Below, piece by piece: positions 1 to 7,900 of a stretch of 64,000 bases of DNA (the stretch's first letter is position 1; the number at the start of each line of letters is the position of its first letter). The stretch is from an uncultured bacterium (GTDB taxonomy: Bacteria; Patescibacteriota; Minisyncoccia; Phycocordibacterales; GWA1-40-21): positions 46,601 through 110,600 of the forward strand of contig CAWJAN010000006.1 of NCBI GenBank assembly GCA_963840885.1. Direction: 5' to 3'. The position numbers and the translations under genes were made by a program. The notes beneath the pieces were generated by a model that saw only the letters and a list, made by a program, of their open reading frames with translations, was not told the origin of the DNA and searched no databases.

Positions 1-184
1 ATTTTTCCATTTCAGGAGCGGTTATTAGAAGCTCCCGGTATTCCCTCCTCTTTTCTTCCGTAGGCTCGACTCCTACTTTTTCGAAACGGCTATTGCATGT
101 GTGGGTGCTTTCATCTATCGCAAGAATGCCTTTAGGCGACATAGTCAGGCGTTTTACGGTTTGAATTAAAATATCCTTGTCCAT
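1..184 (-). CDS. fba: Class I fructose-bisphosphate aldolase, N-terminal part. The gene runs off the window start.
   Basis: The reverse-complement translation from the ATG at 184 reads MDKDILIQTVKRLTMSPKGILAIDESTHTCNSRFEKVGVEPTEEKRREYRELLITAPEMEK. The GILAxDES...ENTEENRRxYRxLL pattern is diagnostic of class I aldolases. Confidence 0.75.
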   Translation of the reverse strand, partial: MDKDILIQTVKRLTMSPKGILAIDESTHTCNSRFEKVGVEPTEEKRREYRELLITAPEMEK

Positions 185-249
185 ACAGAGATTTTACCAA
201 GTAGCGGTGGAAATGTCTAAAGATATTTTACTTTTATGATTTAATCGGC

Positions 250-1941
250 CTACGCGTCAATATCCCAATTGACTACGCCGTTTTTTACATCCATTACCGG
301 AGAAGAAAATACTTCCGTATACGATTCATCATCGTTTTTCTTGTCTATCTTTATGTGATACCTGCCTTTAGGGACAAGGATGTAATAGCGTCCGAATTTG
401 TCGGCGACTTTCTTTGCTATCGGAGATTCTTGTCCTTCCATGAATATGTTTATCAGCGCAAATGACAAAGGAAGTCCGTTTGATTTTTCCAGCAGAGTTC
501 CTGCTTTCTTTGTCTTGAATACGACAAAATTAAGTAGATACACCGTGACATATGTTCCGGCAATTATTAAATTATAAGGGGCGGGGACAAAGATAAGGCC
601 TATAAGAGCGACGAAAGCGCCTATGACAAAAAGCGTATCGGAAATCTTGGCCCAAAGAACAGTACCCGCTCTTGTAAATGAAGTCATATTGGCGCGGTTT
701 TTGGCAAATTCATTCCAGTCGAATTTAAGCGGATCCATAGGAATATTTTTTGTTATGATTTCTCCTTCCGCAGTTACGGTTATTTCATCCCCAAAATATA
801 GATCATTGTATACGGCATCGTATAAAGAACCCTTCATCTTCATGGACGGGAAACTGTAATTGGTTTTCTGACCAAGAATCTTATATTTTCCCGGCTTTAC
901 CAAAAATCCGTATCTGCCATCGAGATCTGTGATTGCCGTAGAAACTGTTTTGCCCGTTGCCGCATCGGTCAAGGAAACATAAGCCGGATCAAGAGGCCGT
1001 TTCGTAATTGCATCATAAACCGTTCCCCAGGGCCGCGCCTTCTTCTTGAGGCCGAATAATTCAACCATCAGATCGAAAATCCTGAACAGAATCATCCATA
1101 TATCGGAAAGGGCGGCTTGGCTTGTAAGGATTATTGTCAAGATTGAAGCTGTAACTCCTGCAATAATGCCTATTGTAGAAATTGTCTTGGTGACAATAGA
1201 GCCTATTTTTGTATTTACTATATTTTTAATCTGTCCGATTAATTGGCTTATGCCAGAAATCGAATTGGAAGTTCCTTGTGAAGGTTGAGACGGCGAAGAA
1301 GGCGGCGCTTGGGTTTGTGTGGATTGCGCCGGAGGCGCTGCCTGCTGATTCTGCCCGGATGCGGGCGACGAGGACTGGGATGTATTATTCGATCCGGAAG
1401 AAGATGGCTGCGTCACTACCGGCTGGGCTGGCGGCTGAACAGGACTTCCTACTCCGCCTCCGCCTGATGCCGGCGGAGTTGAAGTTGATGAAGTTGAAAC
1501 TGTCGGGCGCCAATCAGTTTCCACATCGCAATTGCTGCAATCGAATGTAAGTATTCCTATCAAAGTTCCGGTTGCCTGTCCGCTGAATTTTCCCGTCGAA
1601 GTATTTATAGAAACTCCGGAAAAGCTTATCCAGCCTATATTGTCTCCCCAAGCTGTTCCGGAAAGATTCCCTTCTCCGTCGTTAATTACTCCGCCATTTG
1701 CTGGCGCAAAATTAATCCAGCCGTAATTTTCCGACCAAGCCGAGCCTGTGACGGCTGAATCAGTAATGGATAATCCGCCATTTGACGGAGCGAAATTCAC
1801 CCATCCTATTTCATTGCTCCATGCGGCACCTTTTCCTGAAAGAATCGTTCCTGTCGACGCGCTAACGGCCATCGGCATTGCAAAAACGGCAAATAAGAAA
1901 AGTGATATATATGTCTTATAAAAAATTGTAAAACGATTCAT
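250..1941 (-). CDS. Secreted surface protein of 563 aa. It has an N-terminal signal peptide, tandem ~20-aa 'GxAWSxxxGWINFAP' repeats and a P/S/Q-rich linker. Its conserved C-terminal multi-TM anchor module is paralogous to the C-terminus of the 10763..15079 product.
   Basis: ORF track. The signal peptide reads MNRF..AVSAS. The repeats are visible as AWSNEIGWVNFAP, AWSENYGWINFAP and AWGDNIGWISFSG. The last ~300 aa are about 75% identical to the C-terminus of the 1438-aa protein, including KKK(A/Q)R(P/K)WGTVYD, TDLDGRYGFLV, NIPMDPLKFDWNEFAKNRANM and GRYYIL. Confidence 0.8.
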   Translation of the reverse strand: MNRFTIFYKTYISLFLFAVFAMPMAVSASTGTILSGKGAAWSNEIGWVNFAPSNGGLSITDSAVTGSAWSENYGWINFAPANGGVINDGEGNLSGTAWGDNIGWISFSGVSINTSTGKFSGQATGTLIGILTFDCSNCDVETDWRPTVSTSSTSTPPASGGGGVGSPVQPPAQPVVTQPSSSGSNNTSQSSSPASGQNQQAAPPAQSTQTQAPPSSPSQPSQGTSNSISGISQLIGQIKNIVNTKIGSIVTKTISTIGIIAGVTASILTIILTSQAALSDIWMILFRIFDLMVELFGLKKKARPWGTVYDAITKRPLDPAYVSLTDAATGKTVSTAITDLDGRYGFLVKPGKYKILGQKTNYSFPSMKMKGSLYDAVYNDLYFGDEITVTAEGEIITKNIPMDPLKFDWNEFAKNRANMTSFTRAGTVLWAKISDTLFVIGAFVALIGLIFVPAPYNLIIAGTYVTVYLLNFVVFKTKKAGTLLEKSNGLPLSFALINIFMEGQESPIAKKVADKFGRYYILVPKGRYHIKIDKKNDDESYTEVFSSPVMDVKNGVVNWDIDA

Positions 1942-1944
1942 ATT

Positions 1945-4900
1945 TTAATTTCCAGAATCCGTGCTTGATGCTGTCGTATCTGTCGATGTTGCATCCGATG
2001 ATGAGTCTGCCGTATCGGTTGATGTCGCATCCGACGATGTCGCCGTATCATCGGTAGATGTCGCAAGTGATGCATCATTTGAAGACGTATCCGAAGTCGA
2101 GGTTGATACGATCGAATCATCCGTACTTGTCGAAGCATCGTCTGAAGAAGTAGTTGAAGTTGAAGTGGATGTCGCTATAGTATCGCTGCTTGATGTGCTT
2201 GTGGTTGTTGTACTTGCATCGTCGGTGCTTGATGCATCAGACGACTGAATTTCCGTAGTATCGCTTGCTACTGAATCGGATGATGAAATTTGGATCGAAC
2301 TGGTTGATTGCAATTGGCAGGCGCCGACCACATTCGTAAGTATGCCATTGCTTATTATGATGCAATACGGCTGGCCAGTAATCTGATCATACATGGTAAT
2401 TCCTTCCGGACTCTGGCTCGTGCCAATCGCGATTCCGGTAAGATGCGCTAAGCCGTCTCCCACCGAAGATATAAACGATCCGATTTCCTTGACTGCATTG
2501 ACGAGTGCAGCAATGATTGGTCTGTCAGCAAGAGTGAGATATCCTCTGGAATCAGTTGCCACTGCTTCGGGTATTACTGATTGAACATTTTGTGCAGAAA
2601 AGCCGGTGTATTGATTTGTCATATCAAGGCCGCTTATGGCATTCCAATGATAGTTGATAGGAGTAAGTCCCTTAACCGCATCTAAGCCAAGAGTGAAATC
2701 ACCATCAATATTTTTCAATCGTTCATCGGAAGAAACTGTAACATTACCTAAAGAATCGGTTATGAGCGTTGCTCCGGCACTGCCTAAGGAAGAAAATTGC
2801 AAAGTTCCGGAAACTGTAAGTAAAGCCGACGGAGTTGAAGTGCCTAGGCCGACATTGCCATAAGTAATCAGTCCTGTATCTAAACTGAATACTCCATTAT
2901 CCAAAGTAATGCTTTTTGTTATGGAAGATGTGGCGGCTGGCGGAGTAAACATCCCGCTTGACGTAAACGTATGAACTGTATAAGCGCCATCATGAGTAAT
3001 GGTTCCTCCGGTTCCGTCTCCGCTCACTGGAGTCAAATATCTGATGATTACGACGCCAGAGCCTCCGGCTCCGCCGGTTCCATTCGCAGCCGCTCCTCCT
3101 CCGCCTCCGCCTCCTGTATTTGTGGTTGCATCGCTTCCGCTTGAAGCTCCTACATAACCTCCGGCTCCGCCTCCGCCATTTCCGCCGTCGCCTGCAGGGC
3201 TTGGACCGCCGTCATATCCGCCTCCTCCTCCGCCGCCGCCATAATATGTAGGGGTTCCTGAAATTGAACTTGATGTTCCGACTCCTCCTGCGGGATCATT
3301 TGAACCGGTGCTATCAGTTCCGGCTGCTCCGGCTCCTCCTCCTCCCGATCCTTGGGGATTGCCTCCTGGATTATCTCCTCCTTTATTTCCCTGGCCAGCG
3401 GTTCCCGCAGAACCTGTTCCTCCGGAACCGGCTTCACCTCCTCCAGAACCTCCGGTATTTCCTGAACCTCCATAACTGCCTCCGGCTCCTCCGCCAATTG
3501 CTGTAATGCTTAGAATTGAAGAATCATCTCCATTGTTTCCTGGACTGCCTCCATCACCGACGGTAATGGTCTGAGAGCCGACTATGTCAGTTGTCGTAGA
3601 GACGACTCCTCCCGCTCCTCCTCCGCCTCCGCCGTTTGATCCTCCACCTCCGCCTCCGGCAACCGCGAGAATATCAAATGATGAAATGAGTGATGAACTT
3701 GCAATTCCCGACAATCCTAAAGAAGAATTTGAAACGATATCGCCTGATGCATAAACATTTCCAGCAACATCAAGAGCTTCGGAAGGAGTTGAGGTTCCAA
3801 TTCCTACATTTCCAAGATCATAATAGATATCTGAGCTTGTTGAAGTCCACTGTGATGATCCGCCGCTTGACGTTGTCGCTACTACATTTCCGTTTGAATC
3901 GACAGCGAGCAAGGTGTTTGAGAGCCCTGAAATATTTAAAGATGGAGTTACTATTCCAGAATCAAAATTAAATAAACTACTAGATGATGTTAATGAAATA
4001 TACTTAGTATTAACAGCAGAACCTGCAGGCGCCACAAAAGTCCCGCTTGACGTAAACGTATGAACTGTATAAGCGCCATCATGAGTAATGGTTCCTCCGG
4101 TTCCGTCTCCGCTCACTGGAGTCAAATATCTGATGATTACGACGCCAGAGCCTCCGGCTCCGCCGGTTCCATTCGCAGCCGCTCCTCCTCCGCCTCCGCC
4201 TCCTGTATTTGTGGTTGCATCGCTTCCGCTTGAAGCTCCTACATAACCTCCGGCTCCGCCTCCGCCATTTCCGCCGTCGCCTGCAGGGCTTGGACCGCCG
4301 TCATATCCGCCTCCTCCTCCGCCGCCGCCATAATATGTAGGGGTTCCTGAAATTGAACTTGATGTTCCGACTCCTCCTGCGGGATCATTTGAACCGGTGC
4401 TATCAGTTCCGGCTGCTCCGGCTCCTCCTCCTCCCGATCCTTGGGGATTGCCTCCTGGATTATCTCCTCCTTTATTTCCCTGGCCAGCGGTTCCCGCAGA
4501 ACCTGTTCCTCCGGAACCGGCTTCACCTCCTCCAGAACCTCCGGTATTTCCTGAACCTCCATAACTGCCTCCGGCTCCTCCGCCAATTGCTGTAATGCTT
4601 AGAATTGAAGAATCATCTCCATTGTTTCCTGGACTGCCTCCATCACCGACGGTAATGGTCTGAGAGCCGACTATGTCAGTTGTCGTAGAGACGACTCCTC
4701 CCGCTCCTCCTCCGCCTCCGCCGTTTGATCCTCCACCTCCGCCTCCGGCAACGACAAGCACATCCACTTGAACAGATGATTGGCTTAGTTTTAAAAATTG
4801 ATCGGAAAATACCGGCATTCCATTCTTATAAAAATCTGCTGCATTAACAATGCCGTTTACATCAAGAGGATATGCTGGAGTTGAAGTTCCTACACCCACT

Positions 4901-7900
4901 GAACCATCTGATGAAACATAGAGTACAGATTGGCTTGAGGAAGAAACGAAGTTGGCAATGGCTCCTCCGTCTATAGCGTCAATTTCAAATTGAGCGGTTG
5001 GTATAGTCGTTCCTAATCCAATGTGTCCGTCCCCTCCTATAAAAAATAATGACTGACTCGATGATGAAACAAAATTGGCAATGTTATTGCTATCCTTTCC
5101 ATCGATTTCAAACATGCCGATGGGATTCATAGTGCCTATGCCGAAATTTCCCAATAAATATGATGAGGAAGATGAAGTGACCGCAAGAGAACCGTTCGTA
5201 GTAAAACCAATCGAATTAAAGAAATCATTGCCGAGATCGATAACGGTAATATCATTACTACCAAAAGCGCCAACGTATGCGTGATTGCCGAATACTGCGA
5301 GACCCTGTGGAGCAGCTCCGGCTCCTACCGAGTCAAGGGTAATTGGATTTGTAGAAGATGATATATCAACTACAGACATGGTTCCTGATTCAGCATTAAC
5401 TAAATAAGCATAATTGCCTGAGACAGAGATATCCTGAGGATTAATATCAACAGTAGTTGTGGCTATCTGTATTGGATTGGAGGAAGATGAGATGTCAAAA
5501 ACTGCCATTTGGCCTAATGTGGAATGGCTATCAATATACTGATACGACGTGTACAAATACGAACCTGATACAACCATGCAGCTAGGATTGGAACCTGCGG
5601 GAGTTGTGGTTGTGGCAACGAGTACCGGATTACTAGAAGATGAAATATCAAATGTAGAAATAGAATCTGGAATAGTGCCGCTGCCCAAGTTTCCCCAGTT
5701 AGCTTCATATAAATAATTATTGTCAGCAGACATGGCAAGACCGAAAGCCTGATTTCCCCCGTCTGAAACTTTGGTTATGAATACGGGATTTGTGCCGGAT
5801 GTGATATCAAAAACTGAAACGCTGCTGACTGTGGAATCCGATTCTGGAGGATTCTCTTGATTCGAAATATACAAGTAGGAATGGTTATTCTCTTTCTTTA
5901 TGACCATTTTTTGAGAATATCCGCCCTGTGTGCTAAAAGTCGTAATTGATTTTGGAGATTTTGGAGAAGATATGTCAATAACACTTACGGTGGAATCTCC
6001 GCTGTTAAGTACATATAAATAATTATTGATGACTTGTATATCTTGGGGAAAACTTCCAACGGCGATAGCGGCGACCTCAACGGGAGATGCTGTATTTGAG
6101 TTATCAAAAATAGATACGCTGCCTCCTTCATTGTTTGTCGCATATAAATACTTACCGTAAACCGTTACATCAGTAGGACCGGCCCAATATTCATAAAGAA
6201 AATTCTCGATGCCTGGCGTATTGCCTTCATCGTATACTATCGAGGTGCTTGCGGTATAAACCGCATGATTGGAGAAATTAGGATCATCGACAACCACTCT
6301 ATAGCCGTCAACACCGGAAACTGCATTCCAGGATACGTCGATTGCATATGGACCGCTTGAAGTGCTGGTAAATGGTATATCAACATAATTTTGGGAAGGA
6401 ACTTTTATGCCATTGATGAGCTTATAGCCATAAACTTTGAAATCATAATCTCCAATATACGTTAAGGTTCCCGTAGCTTCATCATCGAGAGCGTCACCGA
6501 TTCCTGTTGGGCTTGGAACAATATATGCTGTGCCGCCTTGTGCAGTACCTATATCAGCTGGCGACAAAGATGAGTAGTTGATTCCGGTAATATAATTGGA
6601 TATAGATCCTGAAATGGTTAAGCTTGCATCGGGTGTGGAAGTACCGATTCCGACATTGCCGACAGAGTAATAAATATTTGAGCTTGTTGAAGTCCACTGG
6701 GAGGATCCGCTCGGGGCTGTTGTTGCTGTCACATTTCCATTTGCGTCCACCGCAAGAAAAGTATTGGAAAGATTTGAAATATTCAAACCTTGTGTGGTTG
6801 AGGTACCAACAACCGATAGTGCAGTTGCAGGAGTTGTTGTACCTATGCCTAAATTTCCTGCAAAATATGAAATTGTATTTGTTCCTGAAACGGATATTGC
6901 GCCGTTTGAAAGTATTCCTCCAGACCCGACTGAAAGAGTTGTTCCTACATTCAAGAAATCCTGGATATTAATTCCCCTGCTTACATTTACAGTTCCAGCC
7001 TCAATCGAACCGGCTTCAAGACCTTCTGCTGTAATGCCGCCGATGTCTACAACTGATATGGAACCTGCCGCAAAAGTATCTGAATTGAATTCGCTATTGG
7101 CAGAATATACATAATTTCCTGAAACGGCGACGCCTTGGCACCAAGTGCTGGTTTTTATGTTTCCAATAAGGTATGGGGACAGCGGATTGGAAATATTTAT
7201 GACTGATATGGAATTATCTTGCTGATTTGCAGTGTAGGCATAATCTCCGGAAACTGTGATATCTATAGGTGCAGCGCCGGAACCAACTGTCGTAGTGGCA
7301 ACAGGGAAAGGAGCATACGGATTTGAAATATCTACGACAGACATGGAATCGCCTTGGAAATTTGCCACGTATGCATAGCTGCCGGAAACAGAAATACTTG
7401 TCGGGACATATCCCACAGTCGTAGTGGCAATTTCCACCGGAGAATGAGGATTTGAAATATCCACTACTGAAATGGTGGTGCCGCGCACGCCGGTCAAATC
7501 GCCGCCGTTTGTAACATACGCATAGTTGCCGGAAATTGCTATGCCGGCAGGGCCGAATCCTACTGTCGTAGTAGCAATAATCGATGGAGCATAAGGATTT
7601 GAAATATCAAATACAGAAATAGTATTTCCATCGCCACTTAAGCCGCCGTCGGTCACGTATGCGTAGTGTCCGGAAATTGCTATGCCTGCCGGATATGTTC
7701 CGTATACCGATGATGTTGCAATAAGCTTTGGATCTGATGGATTGGCGACATCCATGACAGAGATATCGTGATCAAATTCACCATTATTTACTACATAAAC
7801 ATAGTGTCCTGATTTTGCGAGGCCTATAGATGAGGCGCCACCTACTGTCGTAGTAGCAATCTGCCGAGGAGCGGCAGGATTTGAAATGTCGACGACAGCG

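Noticed and set aside
3150-4595. Two pairs of byte-identical plus-strand ORFs (115 aa and 80 aa) at 3150..3506 and 4239..4595
   Set aside because: They are antisense or frame-shifted readings of the duplicated Gly-rich module inside the giant minus-strand gene. The identical copies simply mirror the 1089-bp tandem repeat.
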